Below, piece after piece: positions 26,829 to 36,912 of a stretch of DNA of 64,000 bases. Below the pieces are notes generated by a model that did no database searches, was not told the origin of the DNA, and saw only the letters and a program-made list of their open reading frames with translations. The position numbers and the translations under genes are program-made. Source of the DNA: Bacteroidia bacterium (lineage in GTDB: Bacteria > Bacteroidota > Bacteroidia > CAILMK01 > JBBDIG01); contig JBBDIG010000045.1 in assembly GCA_040880525.1 (NCBI GenBank), forward strand, positions 9,266 through 73,265. Direction: 5' to 3'. Numbering within the stretch: position 1 is the stretch's first letter; every line of letters begins with the position of its first letter.

Positions 26829-28856
26829 TTAGTCAAATTTTTCACGTTTTAGGAGCTCCATTGCCTGCATTTCGTCACGAAGCCTGGCAGCTTCAACAAA
26901 GTCCATTTCCTTTGCAGCCCTCATCATTTTCTTGCGTGTATCTTCAATTGACTTCTCCATTTGAGGCTTGGTCATGTAAGCCACGACAGGATCATAAAGG
27001 ATAGCCGGCCCCTGCTCTATTTCGTAAACCGGCTCTGCCGCCCTGCGTGAGTCAGCCACGGAAGTTTGCCGCATGATCTGGTCGCGTGTCTTTGTGATGC
27101 TCATTGGCGTAATGCCATGCTCTGCGTTATACTCAATTTGCTTTTCTCTACGTCTGGTGGTCTCATCAATCGTACGTTGCATCGAATTCGTAACCGAATC
27201 TGCATACATGATCACTTTCCCGTTCACGTTCCGGGCAGCCCGTCCGGAAATCTGGGTAAGGGAAGTTTCGCTGCGCAGGAATCCCTCTTTGTCAGCATCA
27301 AGAATTGCTACAAGGCTCACTTCGGGCAAGTCCAGCCCTTCTCGCAACAGGTTAATTCCTACCAATACATCAAACTTCCCCAGCCGCAAATCCCGCAGGA
27401 TCTCCACCCGCTCCAGCGTATCAATTTCGCTGTGGATGTAGCGGCAACGGATTCGGAATTTGGTCATATATTTCGTCAGTTCCTCAGCCATTCGCTTAGT
27501 AAGGGTAGTGACCAGCACACGTTCAGACACCTTAGTGCGTTCATCAATTTCCTCCAGCAAGTCATCTACCTGGTTCAGGCACGGCCGCACCTCAATCACC
27601 GGATCCAGCAGCCCCGTTGGCCTTACTAACTGCTCCACCACCACGCCTTCTGTTTGCTCCAACTCAAATTGTGTGGGCGTGGCGCTCACGTAGATGGTTT
27701 GCGGGATAATGCTTTCAAATTCCTGATAGGTAAGCGGCCGATTGTCGAGCGCTGCCGGCAGCCGGAATCCATAATCCACCAGCGAAGATTTGCGGGCGCG
27801 GTCACCGGCATACATCGCTCTCACCTGTGGAAGCGTAACATGGCTTTCATCCACGAAAAGCAGGAAATCGTCCGGGAAATAATCCAGCAGGCAGAAGGGC
27901 CGTTGCCCTGCTTCCCGCCTGTCGAAATAACGACTGTAATTTTCTATACCTGAACAATAACCGAGTTCGCGGATCATCTCCAGATCAAAGGTCACGCGCT
28001 CCTCCAGCCGCTTGGCTTCTATATATTTTTCTATCTCCTCAAAATATTGCACCTGCGCCACCATATCGTCCTGTATTTCATGGATGGCAACTTTTGCCAC
28101 ATCGCGGGAGGTTACAAACAGGTTTGCCGGGAAAACCGAGATCTGCTCACGCTCCTCCACCTTTTTGCCATCTTCAGGATTGATCACCTCAAGGCTTTCA
28201 ATCTCATCTCCCCACAGGTTCACCCTGAAAGCAAAGTCAGCGTATGGGGGCCATACATCCACAATGTCGCCCTGTACGCGGAAAGTGCCCCGTTGCAGGG
28301 CCGTGGTGGTGCGATTAAACAATGCCTCCACAAACTGAAACAGCAATTTATTTCGGGTTATGATCTCCCCCACCTTGAGCCTTACTGTCATTTTCTCGAA
28401 CGACATCGGATTGCCCATACCGTAAATGCAGCTTACTGAAGCCACCACCAGTACATCCCTTCTGCCGGAAAGCAGCGAAGTTGTGGTTCGCATCCGCAGG
28501 CGCTCTATCTGCTCATTGATGCTGAGATCTTTTTCAATATAAAGATCGGTGGAAGCAATATAGGCTTCGGGCTGATAATAGTCGTAGTACGACACAAAAT
28601 ACTCCACGGCATTATCAGGAAAAAACTGCATGAATTCCCCATAGAGCTGGGCTACCAGCGTTTTGTTATGGCTCAGCACCAGGGTAGGTTTCTGCACCTC
28701 CTGGATCACGTTGGCCATCGTGTAGGTTTTGCCAGATCCGGTAACGCCCAGTAATACCTGGTACGGATCGTTACGCTTCACCCCTTCCGTAAGCTGCCTG
28801 ATCGCTTCCGGCTGGTCTCCCTTCGGTTCGTAGTCTGATTTAAGTTTAAATGCCAT
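26829..28856 (-). CDS. uvrB: Excinuclease ABC subunit B
   Basis: GDQPEAI, GVTGSGKT, YFVSYYDYYQPEAY, DESH, GINLLREGLD, GRAARN, AARLRDE. Confidence 0.99.
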   Translation of the reverse strand: MAFKLKSDYEPKGDQPEAIRQLTEGVKRNDPYQVLLGVTGSGKTYTMANVIQEVQKPTLVLSHNKTLVAQLYGEFMQFFPDNAVEYFVSYYDYYQPEAYIASTDLYIEKDLSINEQIERLRMRTTTSLLSGRRDVLVVASVSCIYGMGNPMSFEKMTVRLKVGEIITRNKLLFQFVEALFNRTTTALQRGTFRVQGDIVDVWPPYADFAFRVNLWGDEIESLEVINPEDGKKVEEREQISVFPANLFVTSRDVAKVAIHEIQDDMVAQVQYFEEIEKYIEAKRLEERVTFDLEMIRELGYCSGIENYSRYFDRREAGQRPFCLLDYFPDDFLLFVDESHVTLPQVRAMYAGDRARKSSLVDYGFRLPAALDNRPLTYQEFESIIPQTIYVSATPTQFELEQTEGVVVEQLVRPTGLLDPVIEVRPCLNQVDDLLEEIDERTKVSERVLVTTLTKRMAEELTKYMTKFRIRCRYIHSEIDTLERVEILRDLRLGKFDVLVGINLLREGLDLPEVSLVAILDADKEGFLRSETSLTQISGRAARNVNGKVIMYADSVTNSMQRTIDETTRRREKQIEYNAEHGITPMSITKTRDQIMRQTSVADSRRAAEPVYEIEQGPAILYDPVVAYMTKPQMEKSIEDTRKKMMRAAKEMDFVEAARLRDEMQAMELLKREKFD

Positions 28857-29083
28857 AATTGCAGGTACAAAAATGAGAAATATTTCAGCAGGATTCAGTT
28901 TTTGAATCTTACTTTATTTTTTAATTAAAAAAATACTTACTGAGTCAATTTTTACTTCTCAATAAAAAAAGAATTATGATTTACCGTTTTACGAAAAATT
29001 TAAAATAATAATAAAAATTCCTACTTTAATAAAACCCGGAGTTTGATTTAAATTCAAAGTTTTAATACATATAAAACCTATTG

Positions 29084-30610
29084 CTATTTTCTACCGGGAA
29101 TTTTCTTTGGAAGAGTAAAAATAAACGCAGCTCCCTTTTCTTCCTCAGAATCAACAATGATTTCTCCGCCATAGAACTCAACGATCTTTTTTACTACCGT
29201 AAGGCCAATTCCTGTGCTTTCTGTATCCTCATCAGGCTGCAGCGTCTGGAACATCTCGAAGATCCTTTCATGATATTTTGGGTCAATGCCTGGTCCGTTG
29301 TCGCTTACGGTAAACTGATGCCTATCACCCAAATCGCTGTATTTAATCCTGACCTCTCCCTTTTCTTTATCATTATATTTAACCGCATTGCCTACCAAAT
29401 TCAGAAAAATCTGGTTAATGTGGGTTACTTCCATTTCCAGTACCGGAAGATCTTTATTAATAATTAATTCAATATTTTTCGGGATCGTAAGCAACTTAGG
29501 CAACTCACTCAAAACAACATTCACATCCGTTTCTTCAATTGATTCCCGCATTCGTCCTATGCGGCTGTATTGCAATATTCCCTCAATAAGGCGGTGCATC
29601 CGCTTAGCGCGCTCCTGCAATAAAATCAGGCTGCTCCTGCCCTCCTCTCCCAGCTTTTCCCCATAATCTTCGAGGAGCCACTGAGAAAGTGTGCTGATGC
29701 CACGCAGCGGAGCCTTCAGATCATGAGACGCTATATATGCGAATTGCTGCAGTTCCTTATTGCTGGCTTTCAGTTCTTCATTCTTTTGCCGCAACTCTTC
29801 CTCCACCATTTTCCGGGCAGTAATATCATTCAGCACTGCCAGGCCCCCAATGATCTCTGCGTGATCATCATACACGGGCACGAAACTCACATCAAACCAC
29901 ATTTCAGTAAAGGTAGATTTTACTTCTACTCCGGTAGTGCTCACACCTCCTAAAACTTCTTTGATCAATTTCCCAAATGGTGAATTATGGAGTTCCGGAA
30001 ATGCCTCGAAAATATTCCGGTTTATCACTTCGCTCTTGGTCACATTCCGCCATTGCTCCAGCGCAGGGTTCCACTCCGTGATTTTATATTCTGTATCAAA
30101 AGCATAAATCCCCGAAGTAGATGTAGCCATCAGGTATTCAATATATTTTCTTGATTGGCGTTCCCGCATCTCGGCATCCTTCCTGAGCTTAACTTCCTTC
30201 TCCAGATCCTCATTCTTGCTTTTCAATTGCTCCGGTGAGGGAAGCTTTAATATCTTGGGAAGCAGCGGATATAGCGACACAGCCGTAATAAGTGATACCG
30301 CAGCCGTTCCTGCCTTTATCCATGCCTCAAGCCGGTAAATCGGATCCCACACGGTGATGATGCCAAACACGTGAGTGGTTCCGCACATCACGATGAAAAG
30401 GCCAAACATCACCAACATATAGCCATAGCGAATATCTTTACGTTTAGAACTGATATAAATCAGCGCAAACGGGATAAGAAAGTATGACAGCGCAATAAAG
30501 CTGTCAGAAATGACATGCATATAAAGCACGTCCTCCTCCCACAAATAGCAATGGCCATGTGGCATAAAACCGGATTTGTCAAAAATATCAAATTGATTAT
30601 GACCTTCCAT
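29084..30610 (-). CDS. Sensor histidine kinase: ETR1-like ethylene-binding TM domain, PAS, HisKA, HATPase
   Basis: FMPHGHCYLW, ISDSFIALSYFLIP, FIVMCGTTH; PAS (EWNPALE, GGLAVLNDITARK); ASHDLKAPL, NLVGNAVKY, DNGPGI, TGIGL. Confidence 0.9.
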   Translation of the reverse strand: MEGHNQFDIFDKSGFMPHGHCYLWEEDVLYMHVISDSFIALSYFLIPFALIYISSKRKDIRYGYMLVMFGLFIVMCGTTHVFGIITVWDPIYRLEAWIKAGTAAVSLITAVSLYPLLPKILKLPSPEQLKSKNEDLEKEVKLRKDAEMRERQSRKYIEYLMATSTSGIYAFDTEYKITEWNPALEQWRNVTKSEVINRNIFEAFPELHNSPFGKLIKEVLGGVSTTGVEVKSTFTEMWFDVSFVPVYDDHAEIIGGLAVLNDITARKMVEEELRQKNEELKASNKELQQFAYIASHDLKAPLRGISTLSQWLLEDYGEKLGEEGRSSLILLQERAKRMHRLIEGILQYSRIGRMRESIEETDVNVVLSELPKLLTIPKNIELIINKDLPVLEMEVTHINQIFLNLVGNAVKYNDKEKGEVRIKYSDLGDRHQFTVSDNGPGIDPKYHERIFEMFQTLQPDEDTESTGIGLTVVKKIVEFYGGEIIVDSEEEKGAAFIFTLPKKIPGRK

Positions 30611-30705
30611 TGTAGCTTTTCGTTTTTAAGTTTTCATTAAATATTAAGAACCTTTAATTTGAAATATTTATTAACGTTGCTATTTATACTAAATATATTT
30701 CATTA

Positions 30706-31515
30706 TTAAATAGTTAAATCTTTTTTTCTGAATACCAGGAAACTGGCTGCGAAAAAACCGATTGCCGGAAAAAACAACAGGCAAAACCGCCACAATTCCA
30801 TTTTGTAGCCGGCAGCAGCCGCGTTGAAATCGGCATAATGAAAGGGGCTGATGCTGCCCAGCCATTCTGTGGAAGGCGAAATCCGGGAAAGGGCATCAAC
30901 CACGTATGTGCCCAGCAGAATACCTATGGCCAGCGCGGTAACCTGGCGGCCCCGGTAACTTGTAAGAGAGAGCAAAAGCGACAACCCTCCAAACAAAAAA
31001 ATAATGAGCATGCCATATAAATTAACCGTAAAAAACCGCTGCCACTGAATATGCTCATCCGCGAATAAGCGCATTCCTGTTAAAGCTGCCAGCGCCTGGA
31101 AAAAGATAAATATGAACATCCACGAAAAATATGCGGCTACTTTGCCAGACCATACATCCCAACGAGTGAGCGGGCGGGTTATGAGAAATTCAGCCGTTCC
31201 CTCTCTTTCTTCTTTGGAAATGATACTTCCGGCCAGCATGACCGAGTAAATATTGGAGAGGATCATCACATGCAGGCTATAGTCTGTACTGTAGTATCCT
31301 ATTACGCTTCCCCATGCGGCAAAGTCGAAACCGATAATGCGCATCATCGGAACCGGGAAGGATTGCATCAGCACGGTGAGTTGGGCCATCATACCTGAAA
31401 CCGTAGGATAAAGCGAGAGAATAAACATAACCAGCACCATGATAAGCAACGTCCACACAATGCCGGCTTTCCGGTTACGCTTCATTTCTTTCAGGTACAA
31501 ATGTCGATTGATCAT
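30706..31515 (-). CDS. ABC-2 type permease
   Basis: ISKEEREGTAEFL.TRP.TR, SPF.Y, FRKKDL; 6 TM. Confidence 0.9.
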   Translation of the reverse strand: MINRHLYLKEMKRNRKAGIVWTLLIMVLVMFILSLYPTVSGMMAQLTVLMQSFPVPMMRIIGFDFAAWGSVIGYYSTDYSLHVMILSNIYSVMLAGSIISKEEREGTAEFLITRPLTRWDVWSGKVAAYFSWMFIFIFFQALAALTGMRLFADEHIQWQRFFTVNLYGMLIIFLFGGLSLLLSLTSYRGRQVTALAIGILLGTYVVDALSRISPSTEWLGSISPFHYADFNAAAAGYKMELWRFCLLFFPAIGFFAASFLVFRKKDLTI

Positions 31516-31524
31516 TGTCCGTAT

Positions 31525-32406
31525 TTATTCATTATAGTAATGCATAAAAACTTCTTCGAGAGGGGGATCTTCAATCGTAATGTCAATGATCTTGTACGGT
31601 TGAAGCATTGCCAGCAGGCTGTTGAATTCCCCGCTATAGGTAAAGGAACTGTGTCCGTTCTTTCTTTCTGCATTTTCAATTCCGGCCAACCGAAAGAACC
31701 CCTCCGGCAGGGGCTGCTCCGTTTCGAGGCGGCAACGCTTCAGGCGCTGCGTATTGAGCGCTTCGACCGTTTGCACTGTTTCAACTTCTCCGTTGCGGAT
31801 AATGGCCACCCGTCCGCACAGGCGCTGAACTTCGCTCAGCACATGCGAAGAGAAAAAGATCGTGGTTCCTTTCCCGTTCAGCCTTTGCAAAAGCTCGAAA
31901 AACTGCCCCTGCATTTTAGGATCCAGGCCGGTTGTAGGTTCGTCCAGAATGAGCAGCCGCGGCCGGTGAAGCAGACATTGAAGCAGTGCTACTTTCTTTT
32001 TGTTGCCCATCGAAAGATCGCTGATGTCCCGCTTCAGGTTAAGATCGAATTCATTTGCCAGTTGATAGAATTCCTGCTCCACCTTTACGCCATAGAATGA
32101 GGCCGAATAGCGCAACAGCTCATCCCCGCTCATATTATCGTAGTAGTGTACTTCGCTGGGGACATAGCCAATAAGCCTTTTCATCTTCTTCGGCTCCTGC
32201 TGCACGTCCAGCCCAAAAATGCTTGCCCGACCGGAGGTAGGAAACAGCAGCGTAACCAGCGTACGTATCAGGGTAGACTTTCCTGCACCATTTGGACCGA
32301 TAAATCCAAATATCTCACCCTCCTGCACCTCAAAGTTCACATTGTCTATTCCCTTTACTTTTCCGTAGTATTTGGTGAGTTGGAATGTTTCAATTGCTGC
32401 CGGCAT
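31525..32406 (-). CDS. ABC transporter ATP-binding protein
   Basis: GPNGAGKST, LSMGNKKK, LILDEPTTGLDP, SSH. Start placed at MPAAIE. Confidence 0.95.
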   Translation of the reverse strand: MPAAIETFQLTKYYGKVKGIDNVNFEVQEGEIFGFIGPNGAGKSTLIRTLVTLLFPTSGRASIFGLDVQQEPKKMKRLIGYVPSEVHYYDNMSGDELLRYSASFYGVKVEQEFYQLANEFDLNLKRDISDLSMGNKKKVALLQCLLHRPRLLILDEPTTGLDPKMQGQFFELLQRLNGKGTTIFFSSHVLSEVQRLCGRVAIIRNGEVETVQTVEALNTQRLKRCRLETEQPLPEGFFRLAGIENAERKNGHSSFTYSGEFNSLLAMLQPYKIIDITIEDPPLEEVFMHYYNE

Positions 32407-32592
32407 AGGGGATTTTCGTAATGGCAGCAAAGGTATGAGGATGACCGTTTACCCCTCGCCTGTCTTGGAATTTTTCAGAAGTACCTGCCTCCGGGCTATC
32501 TTGCGCAGGAAACGGGAAACCACTGGAATTTGTCCGGAATTACCCGTAAAACATTCATTAACACCAATACCTGTTTTGTGATCCAGGGCAAA

Positions 32593-34224
32593 ATGTATTA
32601 TTGGATTTTAAAAAGGAAATACCCTTTACTCCTCGTTGGGATTTCCCTCTTTGGTGTTGTTTCCCACTTTTACTTCGGTCTGGGCATTGACCTCTATGAC
32701 CCGGCTTACTATTTCAAACATGCCTGGGAAATTGCGAACGGCACTTTCGAAATAAACGGCAGTGTATTCTGGAACCGCTTCGGGATGTTGGTGCCGCTTA
32801 GCCTGCTTATCAAACTATTTGGAATATCCTACTGGGCCGCACTTCTGTGGCCGCTGCTCTGCTACCTTTTGCTGCTTTTTGGCATTTACCGCCTGCTCTA
32901 TTCTTATAGTGCCCCTGCGGCATTTTTCTGTGCTGCACTAGTTGGGCTCAGTTATACCTTCATCTGGTTCAATGCCCTCATTATGCCAGATACCATTATG
33001 ACGGGCTTTGCCTTCCTCGCCATGCTGCTGCTCTGGAAAATGAACCATAAACCTGCAAATGAAGCCCGCAATGGGTTGCTTTTCTCTTTGCTCCTGTTTG
33101 CCGCCTTTGTCACCAAGCTCACCATCATATTCCTGCTGCCATTTATCCTTTTTGTGTGGTTTCAGAATTTTCGGGATAAAAAGCTAACGCGGTTCTGGAT
33201 ATGGGCTGCCGGCCCGGGAGTGCTCATCCTGCTGCTATACCATTTGGGTTACCAGATTTTTGCCGATGATTTTCTGCTGCGTTACAGTGGGATTGAGAAT
33301 GACCACAACGTGAGCGAGTGGAGCTACTATACTGCAAGCACCCAGGAAATTATCGAACGGATTACCTATGCCCCTATCCTGCTCCTGTTTAGCGACCTCA
33401 CATTTTCACTGCCTTTGCTGCTGGCGGTGCCTTCGCTAAGGTTGCGGGTGCGCCAGTTCCACCGGCTCGAAGTATTTTTCACAATTCTCCTTTTCATTTT
33501 GATGGTGCTATACTGGTGGGGCAGCAGTTCTTTTAAAAGCTATAATCCAATTCCAATTAATTACAGAATGTGGCTGTTGCTGATTATTCCATTAAACGTC
33601 CTTGCCGCACTCACGCTTTTCCGCTTCGGGCAATGGCAGGCCCAGAAGAAGCAACTGGTGCTATGGCTGTCTGCCGGGCTGGCTTTTGTGGTGGCTGCCC
33701 TCGTATCTGGTTATGATTCCATACTACTGCTAACCATCGTCTGCGGCTGTATTGCCGCCACACATTTGCCCGTTTTTCAGCCTTACCGGCAATACCTTCC
33801 TGCGATAGTGATTTTGCTGCCCGCTATCTATATGGCATTCCAATACTGGCAGCACCCCCGGTCGGAACGGGTATATTTTTTCGAAAAAGAATTTTATAAT
33901 GAAATAAAAACTGAGGACAACGTTCTGATTTTAACGGACCACACTTATAATGTACATGAAATTTATTTTGATTTTAAAACCCCGAAGAATGTACACATTG
34001 ATTCATGGTTTAATTTAGAAACCCTGGATTTAAATAAGTATAATGAATTTTATATTCTTTTTTCTAATTACAGGCATACCAGATTTTCCAGGCAATTTCC
34101 AGGATATGACATACCACGCTGGCTCCACCTGTTAATGCAAGAACAAAAGGGGGAGCAGAAAGGAGAAAAAGTCACGATCTATAAAATAGACCGGGAGACG
34201 TTGCAGCACTATAGAAATATCTGA
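32593..34224 (+). CDS. ArnT/PMT-like (GT39/GT83) GT-C glycosyltransferase
   Basis: D..YY near TM1, R.G...P, MPD, TK motif, RMWL; polytopic with a soluble C-terminus. Confidence 0.7.
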   Translation: MYYWILKRKYPLLLVGISLFGVVSHFYFGLGIDLYDPAYYFKHAWEIANGTFEINGSVFWNRFGMLVPLSLLIKLFGISYWAALLWPLLCYLLLLFGIYRLLYSYSAPAAFFCAALVGLSYTFIWFNALIMPDTIMTGFAFLAMLLLWKMNHKPANEARNGLLFSLLLFAAFVTKLTIIFLLPFILFVWFQNFRDKKLTRFWIWAAGPGVLILLLYHLGYQIFADDFLLRYSGIENDHNVSEWSYYTASTQEIIERITYAPILLLFSDLTFSLPLLLAVPSLRLRVRQFHRLEVFFTILLFILMVLYWWGSSSFKSYNPIPINYRMWLLLIIPLNVLAALTLFRFGQWQAQKKQLVLWLSAGLAFVVAALVSGYDSILLLTIVCGCIAATHLPVFQPYRQYLPAIVILLPAIYMAFQYWQHPRSERVYFFEKEFYNEIKTEDNVLILTDHTYNVHEIYFDFKTPKNVHIDSWFNLETLDLNKYNEFYILFSNYRHTRFSRQFPGYDIPRWLHLLMQEQKGEQKGEKVTIYKIDRETLQHYRNI

Positions 34225-34299
34225 ATTCAAAGTGGAAGATAACTGCAAACTCACAGGATTAGAATCTTTAAAGGTCTTAGGAATTAAACTGATTGGCGA

Positions 34300-34956
34300 T
34301 TAATTCCATGTGTAGACCAAAGATGCCTGATACCAAGGCTAATAGGTAAGGAATTGGCTCCTGCTCCATTCATCTTGCTGTATTACGCCAACACCGTTCG
34401 CATCGTTACTTCTTCTCTTATATGTCGCTCTCGTGTAGTGCATTATATTTATTGGGATGGTCAGCCTTATATCAATATTTCGCCCCACTCTAAAATTATT
34501 ACCCACAGCTATAGCAAAATCTACTGTTTGTGCTGTTTTCTTTTCATAAATTGAAGGACCGGCATTGTCTCTGAGTTTGTCCCGGTGTGCCATACCAGCC
34601 AGTGAAGTTGCGAAAATCGGGTTGAAGAATTTTGAATTCCTTTTATCGAATGGCAAAATACTCAACTGATATTTCAATCCCAGCCGCTGCTCATTACCAA
34701 AATCTCCATGTTGTGAATTCCTCACAATGTATCTCTCATAGCCAAAATCCGTAAGTTCCAATTGGTGGAACAGGAGTCCTTTTTCAATGCCTACAGCTAC
34801 TGTAGGCATCCCAATTTTTTCCCTGGCATTAAAGAAAGCCGGACTGGTCTGACCATAAGAAAAGTTCACCATAACCATGAATTTAGAGGTGTCCTGAGCA
34901 TGTAAAAAGCCATAACCAAGACCGGTAATCAGTACCGTTAAAAGTAACTTATTCAT
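34300..34956 (-). pseudogene. Small outer-membrane beta-barrel-like protein with an in-frame TAG at 34339-34341
   Basis: Signal peptide (LHAQ) and amphipathic strands. The frame continues after the TAG as PWYQASLVYTWN*, a barrel-type C-terminus. Confidence 0.55.
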
Positions 34957-35195
34957 ATTGTGCAATTAAAAAAATCAAAAGAAAATACTAAAACAACAAT
35001 AGGGTTTACAAAATAAAACTTCCGGGCAAAGATATTCTATTCGTGAAGCAACCGCCTCAAAAGTAATTTTAAGGAACTTCTACAGCCCTGCTTCCCGATC
35101 AATTGTAAGCAAGCCACTCATATTGATTCTATCTTTGCCCCCAGATTGAAAAATTTGCCAGTGATGAATTGCCACCAAACAACCCTTGCTGAACT

Positions 35196-36080
35196 ATGAC
35201 GGTACTCGAAACGCAAAACCTTTCCAAGCGCTATGGCCGGATCACGGCTGTAGACAATCTTTCACTGAGCATTTCCAGCGGTGGAGTGCATGGCATACTT
35301 GGTCCAAATGGCAGCGGCAAAACCACTACCCTGAGCATGGTGCTGGGCGTGGTGGAGCCTGACAAGGGGACTTTCCGCTGGTTTGGCGAGGAGCCGCAGG
35401 CCAGGCATCGGTTGCGCATCGGGGCGCTATGGGCCAATCCCAACATGTATCCGTACCTCACCGCAGTGCAAAACCTGAAAGTGGTGTGCGACATAAAAGG
35501 TGTTCCTTATTCGCGCATTGACGAATCATTGAAATTTGTAAAGCTTTACGACCGCAGAAGCAGCCGTTACAGCGGTTTCAGCACCGGAATGAAACAACGG
35601 CTACAGATTGCCTCCACGCTGCTGAACGACCCTGAAGTGCTGATACTGGACGAACCGACCAACGGCCTGGATCCGCAGGGAATTGCGGAGGTTCGGGAAC
35701 TGATCCGCGAACTGGGGCAGGGCAACCGCACCATCATCCTGGCCAGCCACCTGCTTGATGAAGTGGAGAAAGTCTGCACCCACGTCTCCATCCTGAAACA
35801 GGGAAAGCTCATGGCATCCGGCAGTGTGGATGAACTGCTGGGACAAAAACAAACGGTGGAACTGGCTGCCGAAGACATGGGAATGCTGGAACATACGCTC
35901 AACGAAATATCCGCCACCGATGCGCTGCGGAAGGAAGGATCGGTAATGATTGCCAGCATGAAAAAAGATATGACGACCGCTCAGTTGAACAAACTGCTGT
36001 TTGACCGCGGCATTGTACTCACCCACCTGGTAATGCGCAAAACGCGCCTGGAAGAGCAATTCATTGAACTTACCCGCTAA
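35196..36080 (+). CDS. ABC transporter ATP-binding protein (BcrA-like)
   Basis: GPNGSGKTT, FSTGMKQRL, LILDEPTNGLDPQG, ASH. Confidence 0.95.
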   Translation: MTVLETQNLSKRYGRITAVDNLSLSISSGGVHGILGPNGSGKTTTLSMVLGVVEPDKGTFRWFGEEPQARHRLRIGALWANPNMYPYLTAVQNLKVVCDIKGVPYSRIDESLKFVKLYDRRSSRYSGFSTGMKQRLQIASTLLNDPEVLILDEPTNGLDPQGIAEVRELIRELGQGNRTIILASHLLDEVEKVCTHVSILKQGKLMASGSVDELLGQKQTVELAAEDMGMLEHTLNEISATDALRKEGSVMIASMKKDMTTAQLNKLLFDRGIVLTHLVMRKTRLEEQFIELTR

Positions 36081-36093
36081 GCCCAACTTTAAC

Positions 36094-36894
36094 ATGAAAC
36101 AACATTACCTGAAGGCAGAACTGCATAAGCTTTTACCTTATAAAACTTTCTGGATCATATTGGGGCTGTTCCTGATAATTATCCCCTTGGCATTCTATGC
36201 TACCTCGGATTTTATTTCGGGATTTTCCGATGAAAAAATCCCACTTATGGATCACGATAGCATTTATTACTTCCCGAACGTTTGGCACTTCGCCACCTAT
36301 CTAGCCAGCTTTTTTGTAATGCTGTTGAGCATTCTTCTGGTCATTGTTACTGCTAACGAGTACAGCTATGGCACCTTCAGGCAAAATATGATTGATGGTC
36401 TTTCCCGCAACCAGCTATTTTTGGCGAAAGCAATTTTGGCTCTGGTTTTAGCTGTAATTGCTACGGTGTCTGTGTTCATTCTGGGAGCAACTTTCGGAAC
36501 AATTTACACCCCCTCATCCACCGATACTTTTCTTGGAGATAAGATCATTTTTATCTTTTACTACTTTCTCCATGCCTGTGGTTACCTCTCTTTTGGATTA
36601 ATGCTGGCGGTTCTCATTAAAAAAAGCGGGCTTGCCATCCTGCTTTTTCTGCTCTACATCATAATTATAGAGCCGATAGGAGCCTTAATAGCGCCTATAG
36701 AGTACCGGCTCTATCTACCTTTCCAGAATATGTCTGCCCTCATCCCTTTTCCATTGGAACTTCTGCTAATGCAGGCTGGAGAAGATGGAATGCCAATTCC
36801 TGAAATTACTGGCAAGGAACCTTTTATTGCGATTGGCTACATCCTTCTTTTCAGCGGAATAAGTTGGTGGAGGTTGAAGAAGAAGGACCTGTAA
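36094..36894 (+). CDS. ABC-2 type permease
   Basis: ANEYSYGTFRQN.IDGLSR, KKKDL C-terminus. Start placed at MKQHYL. Confidence 0.9.
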   Translation: MKQHYLKAELHKLLPYKTFWIILGLFLIIIPLAFYATSDFISGFSDEKIPLMDHDSIYYFPNVWHFATYLASFFVMLLSILLVIVTANEYSYGTFRQNMIDGLSRNQLFLAKAILALVLAVIATVSVFILGATFGTIYTPSSTDTFLGDKIIFIFYYFLHACGYLSFGLMLAVLIKKSGLAILLFLLYIIIIEPIGALIAPIEYRLYLPFQNMSALIPFPLELLLMQAGEDGMPIPEITGKEPFIAIGYILLFSGISWWRLKKKDL

Positions 36895-36912
36895 TTTGAC
36901 TTTATTGGCTGC

